Positions 1-10,359 are shown, counted from the stretch's first letter. The stretch: 18,146 bases of DNA from Paraphysomonas bandaiensis (GCA_965644295.1 CBFFRP010000361.1:1-18146), one strand, 5' to 3'. Translations and numbers: made by a program. The notes: generated from the letters alone by a model not told the origin.

Positions 1-198
1 ACTCAAAGTAGATAGATTACATTATTATGATTGTATACACAATTGTGTGTGTTGTCATGTAACATATATTGAATGTCTGATTATTTAGCAATAGGCGTTG
101 AAAGCCTGCACCAATTAGTGGCTAGAAGAATGCTAGTCATACTAGTTAGACTACTACCCGTAACTAATCAATACAAACTCTTTTATCCTACTATTTAA

Positions 199-256
199 CG
201 CTACAGAAGCTGCTTGTGCGTCGCCGCAAGCACCAAGGTGCAACCACTTCCGTTCT
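199..256 (-). repeat. Dispersed repeat copy A (GNRA-hairpin element)
   Basis: CGCTACAGAAGCTGCTTGTGCGTCGCCGCAAGCACCAAGGTGCAACCACTT aligns with the reverse complement of 10427-10489 and directly with 9665-9692. Confidence 0.8.
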
Positions 257-1017
257 TAGTGTGTGTTATGAGGCTCGCCATGATCGTGTGTCCTGGGACT
301 CACCGGCGCGTGTGATCTGGAGGTCTCCTCTTGGGATGAGACTCCACTCGCTATATGATAGATAGCCTTATGTACCTCACGGGGACTGACTTATTAGCCT
401 TATGGCAGTTAGGGGAAACAGTAATATGCCCTTCTGAGATTGGCGATCTGGTGGCCTTCCTTTAGGCATTGTTCCAAGTGGCTCGGAGGTATGTGGATGA
501 AGGTCTTGCAAAAGGTTATGGCCTACTGTGAAGAAGCGTCGAAATCGGCTCTTTTGCTGTCTTAGCCAGCGGTAGAGAACACATGCAAGAGGGTGTATAG
601 CTGTACAGGGGAGGGATGTGAGGGTCATCCGGTGTGTCCAGCTACAGGGAGTCGAGAGGGAGTGTGATGGTGCAAGAGAGGCAACATCTGATTGAGGAGA
701 GTGAGACTGCGCAACAGAACAAGAGTCACTGAGGTCGAGTACTCTGATAGACCTATGCACGAGATGATCGTGATGATGATGATGGTCTGGAGGAGACACT
801 CGGACGTCCTCAGCTGCCCTTGTTAGTGTCTGTGTTGGTGCAGGGGGGTACAGACTGAGGCATAGAGAGTGTGTGTAAGGAATATGACGGCAAGGTGTCA
901 GAGACGAAGGGAGAGGAGATAGTTTGTCTGGGGGTTTTCTAGGAGGAGGTAGAGTGTACTGTGTGTGTGTATGACACTGCAGTGGTGTTATGAGTGTGTT
1001 GGACAGAGAGAGAGAGC

Positions 1018-1120
1018 TGGTGATGTGTCCAACAGTACAGGTAGACAGGTACATGGACATGGTGATGTGTCCAGCAGGTAGACAGGTACATGGACATGGT
1101 GATGTGTCCAACAGCAGTAG
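1018..1120. repeat. Imperfect tandem repeat, ~2.6 copies of a 37-42 bp unit
   Basis: Units of the form TGGTGATGTGTCCA(ACAGTA/G)CAGGTAGACAGGTACATGGACA start at 1018, 1060 and 1097 (the last is partial). Confidence 0.9.
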
Positions 1121-2841
1121 AGGTATACACGGAATGGTATACATCCTGTAGGACACAGTAGTACAGTAGTCGAGTATACCGTATGCGGAATACAGTGTCT
1201 ATCCAATGAGATGGATGGGCTGTGGGGGTGATAGGTGAACAGGGTGAGGGGGTAGCCTGCTGGGTGGATGGACCACAGACAAACCATGTTGGGTTGGGTT
1301 GAGTGGGCGGCAGAAGGCAGCCCTGTTGCACAGTTGAGAGGGATCGAGAGTATTCAGTGATTGCATAGGGGGTCCATGGGGGTCGTTTTCGTGAGCCTGC
1401 TCGCACGAGCCATGTTCTGAGAGGTTGTAGCCGTAGAAAGCGATGGGTGAGACGAAATTGTCTGCTGAGGGGATAGCACATAGGTGCGGTCAGCGCTGCA
1501 TTGGTGCAGGCACGTGGTTTAACTGAAGTAGTTGAGTAGGGTGAAGGTTGCAAGGCCAGGCAGGGGGGCTTGGAGCGTGTACAACATGGTGTGACAGGTA
1601 ATTTGTCGGAAGCGCGGTGGTCAACAAAATGCAGCAGTAAGGGAGTGTAAAAGGCCCTGGGCACACTGATGTGACTCAGCCACGGTCTCAATAGAGACAT
1701 TGGGCTTGGAGCTGGTTAATTGGGTGAAACTTTATGTTGGACTGTATTTGCCATCGTAGGGCAGAGAATTTGTGTCATGTAACACATGTCAACAACATGA
1801 TAAATTATTTCGTTCATGTCAACCACTGCTCAACTTCCGTATCTTGAATCGTCATGATATAATACTTCAGTTTCACAGTTATAGCTATATATAGCACCTC
1901 TGACTATTGACTACGTATTACTGTTTTTCACATTGTATTTAACGTATTCTACAGTACTATCTTAGAGAACCATACGTATTCCAACACTCCTGTAATGTTC
2001 TTGAAGTTGTTTCGAAGTCCTGGCTATGATGATAGATCGCTTGCACTGACATCGTTATGATCTTATACAGCAGTCGAAGGATGGAATATAACTTGGAGTG
2101 TTAGATGATCTGCTCTTGGTATTTTGCTCATGATTGTGGTTTCTCTATAATTGTGTACTATAATGAAATCACATACATACGACTGTCATTATCATACTTA
2201 GGATAGAAGTGAGCTTCTGTTGAACCGAATATTGAAGTTGAATGTCTATATTTGCCCGGTGCTGATATGAGCGCCCTGTTGAGCCCAAATCAGGTCAAAA
2301 AAAGGCTTTTTTTGAGACAAAATGGGGATAAAATATTTATTAGGGGAAAAGATTCAAACGATTTCTACAGGTTTTGAGCAATCTTTATCAAAGAACAAAG
2401 TTTTCAAACATTTATTTTACTGCATTTAAATCAAAGAATTGTTTCTTTTAATAATTTAAATCATTGTTTTTGCGGAGTATACTGGAATACGGAATACCCT
2501 TTAGGGGTAAACCTTTGCAAGTTCCACCGAATTCCTGACAACGCTTAGGTAGACATTCTTAGTATACTTTCAAATTCCGAGCATTAGTATAGAATAGTAT
2601 GAGTAAACGATATACCGGTATAGTATTAGATCTGGGAGGTACTGGATATTAAACCGGTATACCCCTACTCACTGTAAAGTTGATATAGTGGTTTAAGGAT
2701 AATACTAGGGGTTGTGAAACTTACACCATTATTATTAGTGGTTAAGACCGCAAGTTATATACATGCCAGATAAAATACTCTTCTCGCCTTCGACATTCAG
2801 CCCTTCGGATAGCAGTTTCGAGAGCAATTCTTCTCCCATGA

Positions 2842-3980
2842 CCATGTTGCCACTTGAAAGTTTTGCGCTTCTGTGGGTACTATGAACACTAAACGGTGAT
2901 TTTTCTTGTTGTCATGTATTTGGTCTCTTACCAGCTCTATTTTTTTCGTGAAATTGTCACGTTATTGATGGTTAAATCCAATCGTACATGGTAACAAAGT
3001 ACTGGGCTGGATTACTGCATCAAACCGGAAAATTACTCACAATCGGCATGCTGCACGTGTTGTCAAATAGAGGTGCTATCATCTCTATACCGTCAAACTT
3101 TGCTTAACAGTAATATTCGAAAGTTCGAGTATAGTATTACCCAATCCAACTTGCGGTGAAATCTCTTCATAACAACGGTGTCACTCAAACCCAAAAGAGT
3201 CAAAACAGCAAACTTTATCCGGATTTCCAATTACCTGGGCTAAATAAGAACACAAGGTGTCCTCTTTCTGTCGGAGTACATATGCACCGATAAGTTCCGT
3301 AACCCGAGAAGCCAAAAAGAACTAACTGCCATCACTGGTGTGTAACATGCACCAGTGAAACATTAGAGAGCTGAACATATTCGTGCCTGTTACAACTCCA
3401 TGCGAATGTTTTGACAACTCAGTCTTTATGGGCTCCACAATGCACCGAAACGAATCACATTGCACTGCGATGATTTCTTCTTTCAATAACCACTGCGATA
3501 CACCAACAGCAAATGAGCGCTCAGACGACAATAGTAGCGTAATTAAGTTTGACAAATCTGGCCTGAAAATATCCGAATCATATGAGAAAAATAGTCAACT
3601 GATTCTAGATTGTATGTGCGTGCCGTTCCAGTTGAGACAATACAGTAGTCAGTTCCATCGAAACGCCTGTAGAGAATTCTTAGTACGTCGGTCAAGTCAT
3701 TTGCTCGTCTACCAATCCTTAATAATACGCAAACAATAAAAATATAAAACAGCTCTTTCCTGTTCCAGATGTGCGAATGACCAGAGCATTGTAGTTCAAA
3801 CAAGAGTTACCATCAGCCCGAGATATATTCGCAATCAACTTGTAAATAAAATATTATTCGGAAGTGGATCTGTTTCATTCGACAAGATGAAATTAGAGAT
3901 CAACTTATAGGTTTGCACAATTCTTTTAATCGCAAGCTCCAAAATATCTTCAACTCTAATGAGTCCATATCATACTCCTC
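2842..3980 (-). pseudogene. Crinkler (CRN)/RHS-type P-loop NTPase + PD-(D/E)xK REase-like pseudogene
   Basis: Manual translation of the minus strand across frameshifts and stops gives, in order: LKIFWSL..DPLPNNILF; ALVI-RTSGTGKS-CFIFLL (degenerate Walker A, 3752-3775); LRILYRRFDG; DSDIFRPDLSNLITLLLSS; FFLASRVTELIGAYVLRQKEDTLCSYLAQVIG..FDSFGFE; MPIVSNFPV/DAVIQPSTLL (~2992-3049); KNHRLVFIVP/KTFKWQ. The order and motifs match CRN-type NTPase+REase proteins as I recall them. There are several frameshifts and in-frame stops. Confidence 0.72.
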
Positions 3981-4251
3981 CAGCTCGACAGTTCTGGTTT
4001 GTCTTATACGTGAACCAGACTCTTTCATTTTAAATGGGTGCCAAAATCATTTGATGTCACACTCCCATGTGATGAGACTTTCGACTTATCGAGAGTTCTG
4101 AGTGGTTGGATCATTTTGTCACAAGGAATGTGGAATGCAATGGCCTTTCAGTACACCAGTATACCTGGTATACCATAATCAGAAGAAAAGTATTTGTCCA
4201 AAAAAAAGTCCACACCTTTCGAAAATTGTTCATAAAATTGATGCAACATAA

Positions 4252-4582
4252 GGGGCGTCCGTGGTTTGCAAAAAAACTCCAGTTTTTTCCGCCGCGTCCG
4301 GACGGCTAAAAAAAGTTAGGAAAAACATGCAAATCCACAAGTTTTTTCACAAACCATGGAGGGGTGTCAACTACGAAGGTGATATGTAACCGACGACTCT
4401 GGTACGAGTTTTTTGATATGAATTGACTCCGTGTATCCACGACAAGAGCACTGAGTATTTAGATATACAGAACAGAATACAGACACATTACAATATACTC
4501 GACACACTCGACCTGCTGATGAAACAGAGTGGGCGGGCATGGACCTGATGAAGATAGACTGCTCCACATAATCTACGGCCCC
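4252..4582. mobile_element. Possible PIF/Harbinger-like MITE remnant (TAA target duplication)
   Basis: TAA|GGGGCGT at 4249-4258 and ACGGCCCC|TAA at 4575-4585. An internal 21-bp inverted repeat at 4258-4278 / 4340-4360 has 3 mismatches. The terminal match is short. Confidence 0.3.
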
Positions 4583-4729
4583 TAAAGTGCAGTGGTGTCG
4601 CAGATTGACGACAATAGATACTCTGTATGTGCGTTGATGATATTATAAGTGCGTGTGAGTGACATGGATATTGGCTTTAGCGACTTCGACATTTCAACTT
4701 CTTGTTGTTCAGTTTAACCGAATAAACTC

Positions 4730-7700
4730 ATGTCGTCAATAGAGCGGAAGCGCAATGATAGGCTGGATGATGCTCTGTCGAGTGCGATTGAATTCGCTTC
4801 TCATAATCGTAAGATGCTCAGCAGCCGCAACAAACAGTCCAAAACAGAGAAGGAGCAACAAGCAAAGCTGAAAGCTATTGAAAAAAAGTTGTCTCATTCA
4901 AAGAAACTCGTCGTGAAACATGTTATGGAGTGTCGACGGATGGAGACTGTACTGGCTCAAACTGCACTGACTGCTGAGGCTATTAAGACACACGTTCAGA
5001 CGATGCAAAATAGGTCCGACCGACCACGCCGAAAACTTGCTAAGCTCCAATGGTTGACAGAGACAGAACTAAGTCTACTCGATAGGGCGGGGAAGATGAC
5101 ACCTGGTACTTGCTCATTTCTCCAGAGGAGTTTGTTGGTGTATAGTGATGATTTTCTCATGAAGGAACTCGAGGCCTTTCCACTCGAACAGTTAGGTGCA
5201 ATGAATGTCACTCTCTTTTCGAAGGTGGCATGGGTATCATCTGGTAAGCGCGTATCTATTACGGAGGCGGAACGTATGTTTGACCTGGCTTCTTCATTTA
5301 CAACGCTCCTACTCAAACGTCGCCCAGACATGCCCTTCGACCTACTCAGGTGGCAGGTTCTCAAACGCATTCTGCGTACTGCACTGCGACTACGGTACTT
5401 TGCTCTTTCACTTAACTCACATCAAGAAGAGCTTGCTCTTTCAAAGGCGAGGAGAACGGCCCGGGCTATACGGGCGTGTTCTTCTGTCAACAAGCCGGAG
5501 AGCACTATTAACAGTGCTCGTTCGTCGGTAGATTCTCAGTTTAAATCTTCCGTCGGCAAATTCAATGTTACTGAGGGAAATAGTCTGCCTATGTTACTAC
5601 AAAGCCAACTCGACAATTCCATGACACGGCAAGAACACATTTCGAAGAAAATAAAAACTAGTATATCACTAGTATCTCGTACCGTCCCCCTGGGGTCTAT
5701 CCGGGCAGCCCATCAGTACGCACGGCGGGTTGGGGCAAATAAGATGTGCGAACTAATAGACAGGAAGATTAGAGGATATTACAAGATTGCATTGGGTCGA
5801 TTGCAGCAGAACACAGGTATATATCGCCTTGGAAGGATTGGTGCTTCATATATGACACTTTTTGGTACATTTCGGATGTGTCGTACCTTTGACCACGCAG
5901 TGTATAGCAAAGTGCAGCGACATTTTGCCGACTGGGTGGAGAAGCTGGAGAATCTTCGGGAACTAGAGGAGCATGCAGCCGTGATTGAGATACAACGAGT
6001 GGGACGAGGTGCCATAAATAGGTTCAATGTGCGACATCGTTACGAGATAGCAGCTTGTCGTCAAATTCAGCGGGTAGTGCGTGGGGGGCTGGCAAGGATT
6101 CTATGTCGTGAGCTGGCGTACCAACGTAAACTGAAATGGGCAGTATGGCAAGTTGAAGCTGCCTGGAGGAAGCATCGCTGGCAACGTACACTAAAAAATC
6201 TCGTTATACTGCGGATTCAATCAGAGGCGACTTTAGTCATGCAACGTGTATATCGGGGTCATAGGGGAAGAAAGATGGCACGCGCAAGGCGGCTAATGCA
6301 ACGCCGTCACTACGGCGCTTTGAAGATGCAGTGTTTATGGAGGCGTTACGAGGCAACTGTGCTAGTTGATGAGTATTACAGTCGATGGCAACAAGTTGAC
6401 TCTTCAATAAAGATACAAGCCATAGTGCGAGGTCGACTGGGGCGGTTGAGGGCGACGAGGATGAAGAAGTGGGTGTCTTCCGCCTGTACCATACAGCGAG
6501 GAGCACGGTGCTATATTGCCCGAAATAGAGTGCGTCACCAGCGCCGATTTGTTCACTCGGTGGTGATCCAGCGCTACTGGCGAGGTCACAGGGCCCGCTT
6601 GCGTACAGCGAGAAAGCTTCTTGCGAAGCGTAAGGCACGCGAGCTGAAACACTATGCATTTGAATGCATTGTTAAGGTGGTTCGGGGATACTGGGTGCGA
6701 AGAAAGTGGAAACCAAGGATTAAAGTTTTTATGGAGACCCGTACTGAAGCAGCCACTTCGATAAAAACAAGATACATCGCCGTGAAGGTAGGAAACGTCG
6801 AGAGACGACGCATTGCGAACCTGCGGTCAAAAGCAAAGGTTGTAGTCCGCACAATACAACGGTTTCAGCAGATGCGCAGTGAAAAGGCCCGGAGGGCTCG
6901 GCTTGAGAAAGCTTCGGCTACTAAAATACAAAGCCTATTTCGAGGAGGAAAGGGTAGACTGTATGCACAGGAATATGCCAAGCAACGTGAGAAAGAAATG
7001 GCTCTAAAGATTCCAATATACTGGCGGTTACGGCAAATGTACTACAAAGATCAAAACTGCTTCAACGGCAAGTCAGCGATAGTGATACAATGCATGTTCA
7101 GACGAGTCCTCGCACGACGTATAGCTAAGGACAAGCGCTATTTGCGTGCAGTTCGTCGTGTACAATACGTTGCTCGGAAGTATATTGAGCGACAGCGAGC
7201 GCGTGACATCGTCAAGGAAAAGAAATCGGCAGTATACTACCGACACCGGATGGCCATCAGAATCCAGAAAGTTCACAGGGGTACATTGGGGAGAAAGGTA
7301 GCCACTTCCCATAAAGCAGCGGACATGCTGAAGTGGTTCCTGAAGGAGTGTAAGCAGTGTGGCCTTCCAAAGCGATGCTTTCTAAACTTCAGGTGCGGCT
7401 GTATGTCCTTAAACATTGAGTTATTTGTGTGCATTGGCTCGATGGTCGTCTGGAGAACTTGAATTTATGATTATCCAATTACTGTATAGATATGTTTTTT
7501 TGCGCACTTATGTAAAACAATGTAGGGTTCGTAAGAAGCACTTGGAACGCATGGCTGTTGCAGCGATTAAGATTCAAGCATTAGCACGCGGTGCCAGTGC
7601 GCGTACCCGCGTGAGGCGAATATACAAGCGCCTGGTTCGTGCTCGAGACAAACGCATCCATGAAAAGCGCCTTCGATCCGCTGCAATGATTCAGTCAATT

Positions 7701-8370
7701 GTTCGAATGCGAAATGCCCGAAAAATTGTGAACATGAAGAGGGAACAATTTTTAGAACGGGAAAGGAAACGCAAACAGCTAGAAGAACTGGATAATAAAC
7801 TCGACAGCATTCATTCTTCTCATCTTAATGACCTGTTGGCCCTCAGAGTTCAGCAGGGAATGAGAGGAAAGCTGGCACGAAAGTAAGTTGGTGTTATGTG
7901 GCTTCATGCGAGTGACATTTTAAAAAATATGTAGGGAGAAAGGTAAGAGGGCTCACATGTCTGAAAAGGAGGCTGAGAGAAAGGCCAGAGAGCATCTTAA
8001 CCACTCAGCAACCGTCATCCAAGCTTTTGCTCGTGGTGTGGCTGGTCGGGAGCGGTTCCGGTTGATAGAACAGGACTTGAAAAAGGCACTCAAAGCTCGA
8101 GCATTTTGTGTTGAGTGTGAGGTCAAAGTCGCAACTAAGCGTTGCACAGACTGTAAAGATCAATACTGCGATGAATGCTTTGCAAGTCTTCATAGAAAAG
8201 GGAAAAGAAAGGGTCACGGCTGGGTATCAACAAGACGAGGAGAGCAGAATGTTGACAATCTTGGTTTAGATAATCCGATGTTATGGCAAGAGTTTTGGGA
8301 CGACAATGCCCAAGCAAAGTATTGGTATCACTCCGTTACTGGAGAGGCAACATGGATCTGCCCGTTTTAG
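4730..8370 (+). CDS. Large IQ-calmodulin-binding repeat protein with C-terminal B-box-type zinc finger and WW domain (3 exons, ~1151-1163 aa)
   Basis: Exons are 4730-7392, 7526 (or 7490)-7882 and 7935-8370, joined in frame by GT-AG introns. About 17 IQ-like motifs are present (e.g. IQRVVRGGLAR, IQRYWRGHRAR, IQSLFRGGKGR, IQAFARGVAGR). B-box: CVECEVKVATKRCTDCKDQYCDECFASLHRKGKRKGH. WW: WQEFWDDNAQAKYWYHSVTGEATWICP. Confidence 0.9.
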
Positions 8371-8739
8371 CTATTACAGATTCTCCATATTGTTATTAGG
8401 GTGTCTAGTGTGTTTGTTAAGTTGTGTATGTATAGTGCTTTTATGCCTTGTAAAAAAGTTCATTGTAATTTATATAACGTCGCCTCTCAGGTACTCCATC
8501 ATTGCCTTAGATCCAAGTCTACATTGACAGAAGCAGGTTAACAGAAAAATAAATTATGTCCATCACGTCTATAGAAGTAATCATATTACCTAGAAGTTAT
8601 TATTGTATTCCTGAAATACGAGGGGAGGGAAGGGGCAAGCACTTTTTACCCCCAACCCTCAAGGGGGCTTCGCCCTTGATAATTTACATTTATAGCTTTG
8701 GATTATAAGTGTGTTCTCTCTCCCTGATATTATTTTCTT

Positions 8740-8895
8740 TTTAATAACTATTGTAATTACCTTATAAATACTTATATTATTTCATTACTTTATATTATAA
8801 TAATATTATTAATAAGATTCTTATATTATTGTTAATATTTAATATATTATATTAATATAATATACATATATTATTATCAAAATTCTTATATTAGG
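8740..8895. repeat. AT-rich low-complexity tract (TAT/ATT-rich)
   Basis: Almost exclusively A/T, with repeated TTATATTAT words. Confidence 0.7.
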
Positions 8896-9639
8896 ACGAA
8901 ACCTACCTGGAGCAATATAATATGGTCAGGACTAAACATCCTACTTTTAATCCTGTTACACTTCCTCACCTCGTTTTTTTCCACTGTAGTTTAAAGTAAT
9001 CACTGATATATTTTATATTTATTATAATATTTATGCGTTTACTGTGTCGGGTTAGATGTACCACGTTGAAATTATGGGTGTATAAGTGTAGAGCCAGCTT
9101 GGCACGATTGCTATGTAAGTCACTCTTAAAAGTTATGAGAGCATAAAAGTAGGTATATTAGTAATAATCATAATATCATTATATTATTGAGTACCTATCA
9201 AGGCCTAGAGGTGTGATTGAACAGTACCCATCACATACTGTCTTCGATAATACGCCATTAGCGCGTAGTGAGATTTAGTTTGCAGACATGACACTTATAG
9301 GTATCAACATGATGTGTCAAGAAGGAGTTCTCAGTCCAGGATCCCCACGTCCCAAATATGTGGAACGAGTATTATTCATAGTTTCTGTTTTTAGAAAACT
9401 TAAAAAATAAACGACAAAAAGCAGATATTGTTATATTATATAGGCTTGAGTTTTGTTCAAGCTCTTATTTTAATAACTTGTACCCTCTCAACAAAAAGTC
9501 GTAGTACACGCACCTTTTCGTGGTGTTCTGGGGGATAAGTACCGGATATATGAAAGTCTGATTATTACATGAGTACGGTTGCGTACAGAAACTAGTTTAT
9601 GTCTATAGACTAGCTAATAACTAGATTTGCTATATACTA

Positions 9640-9770
9640 CTAGTGGCGGGCAACCGTCTCGGGACTGCTTGTGCATCGCTGCGAGCACTAAGTACCGGAG
9701 ATATTTCTCCGGGAAACTAACGTGAGCCGCATATATAATATATATAGTCAGCAGATATTGTTCTGCCTAC
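9640..9770 (-). repeat. Dispersed repeat copy B (GNRA-hairpin element with neighbouring hairpins and TA microsatellite)
   Basis: Core TGCTTGTGCATCGCTGCGAGCA (9666-9687) is homologous to 211-232. Also present: a perfect CCGGAGA-TATT-TCTCCGG hairpin (9695-9712), a TA tract (9731-9746) and a GCAGA...TCTGC hairpin (9751-9766). Confidence 0.65.
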
Positions 9771-9803
9771 TCATAGCCAAATGCTCTTTTGTGTGGTACA
9801 AGG

Positions 9804-10256
9804 AAGTCGAGGTAATACCAAAACCTGGTTTTTGATGTAAAACCTGGTAAAATTTTTGACGATGGTTGGAAAAGGGTATAACTATGCACAATAAGTAACT
9901 ATGAAGATAATAACAGTATAAAAAAGTATTATTTATAATATTTTTTACTAATTTCTTCCATATTACTTCAGTTTTACAGCAATAAAAGTCACCGACTACA
10001 CATATATATTACATACAGTTCACAAGAAGTATGAACTAAAAACAATGTAGCTATATGAGAGTATATAATATTACAAAACACAAGTAGCAGGGCCAACTTG
10101 CAACGCAATAAATACTGCTAATAGCAAGTATACTTGCGACTTTTTCTTTATCTTTAACCTCTCTCAGATACAAATTACAGTAAAATAATAACTCAATACT
10201 TATATATGAAACCTGTGGTGAAATTGCTTTACCAGGTTTTGGTATTACCTCGACTT
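9804..10256. mobile_element. MITE-like non-autonomous DNA transposon, 453 bp, 26-bp perfect terminal inverted repeats
   Basis: AAGTCGAGGTAATACCAAAACCTGGT (9804-9829) is the exact reverse complement of 10231-10256. A subterminal AAAACCTGGT repeats at 9839-9848. The interior is AT-rich and non-coding. Confidence 0.75.
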
Positions 10257-10359
10257 TTAGGGACATCATAATAATGTCACTTTTTCGTAGACATCTTTGG
10301 GCCTTAGCGAATAAGCAGTCATCCGGGAATGGGCCCACCTTAAGGTTTTTTGCTAAAGT

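Larger units (their letters stand above)
65..1772 (-). mobile_element. Probable decayed retroelement-like insertion (non-LTR-type remnant)
   Basis: The block is G-rich on + and C-rich on -, unlike its AT-rich flanks. It is bounded by the 12-bp direct repeat TGTCATGTAACA (53-64 and 1773-1784), a possible TSD. Broken Pro/Thr/His-rich minus-strand frames carry recurring PPD motifs (RKPPDK, VSPPDH, GRPPDR, RRPPDH). No RT or endonuclease motif was recognised, so the call is weak. Confidence 0.3.

Noticed and set aside
1018-1120. Possible CRISPR-like repeat-spacer array
   Set aside because: The spacers are near-identical to each other, there are only three units, the context is eukaryotic and no cas genes are present.
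377-1700. Overlapping 259-, 253- and 99-aa minus-strand ORFs as intact genes
   Set aside because: They have low-complexity composition and no recognisable domain, and the same repeat-derived peptides appear in different frames.
2024-2110. Possible C/D-box snoRNA (ATGATGA near 2024, CTGA near 2045)
   Set aside because: There is no terminal D box with a closing stem at a suitable distance and no recognisable rRNA guide.
3383-3739. 118-aa plus-strand ORF
   Set aside because: It is antisense to the CRN-like pseudogene and has no motifs of its own.
4516-4552. Two CTGATGA motifs suggesting a hammerhead ribozyme
   Set aside because: No stem II followed by GAAA and no compatible stems I and III could be built.
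4996-7312. Short antisense and alternate-frame ORFs within the IQ gene
   Set aside because: They are shadow ORFs of a long coding exon with no independent evidence.
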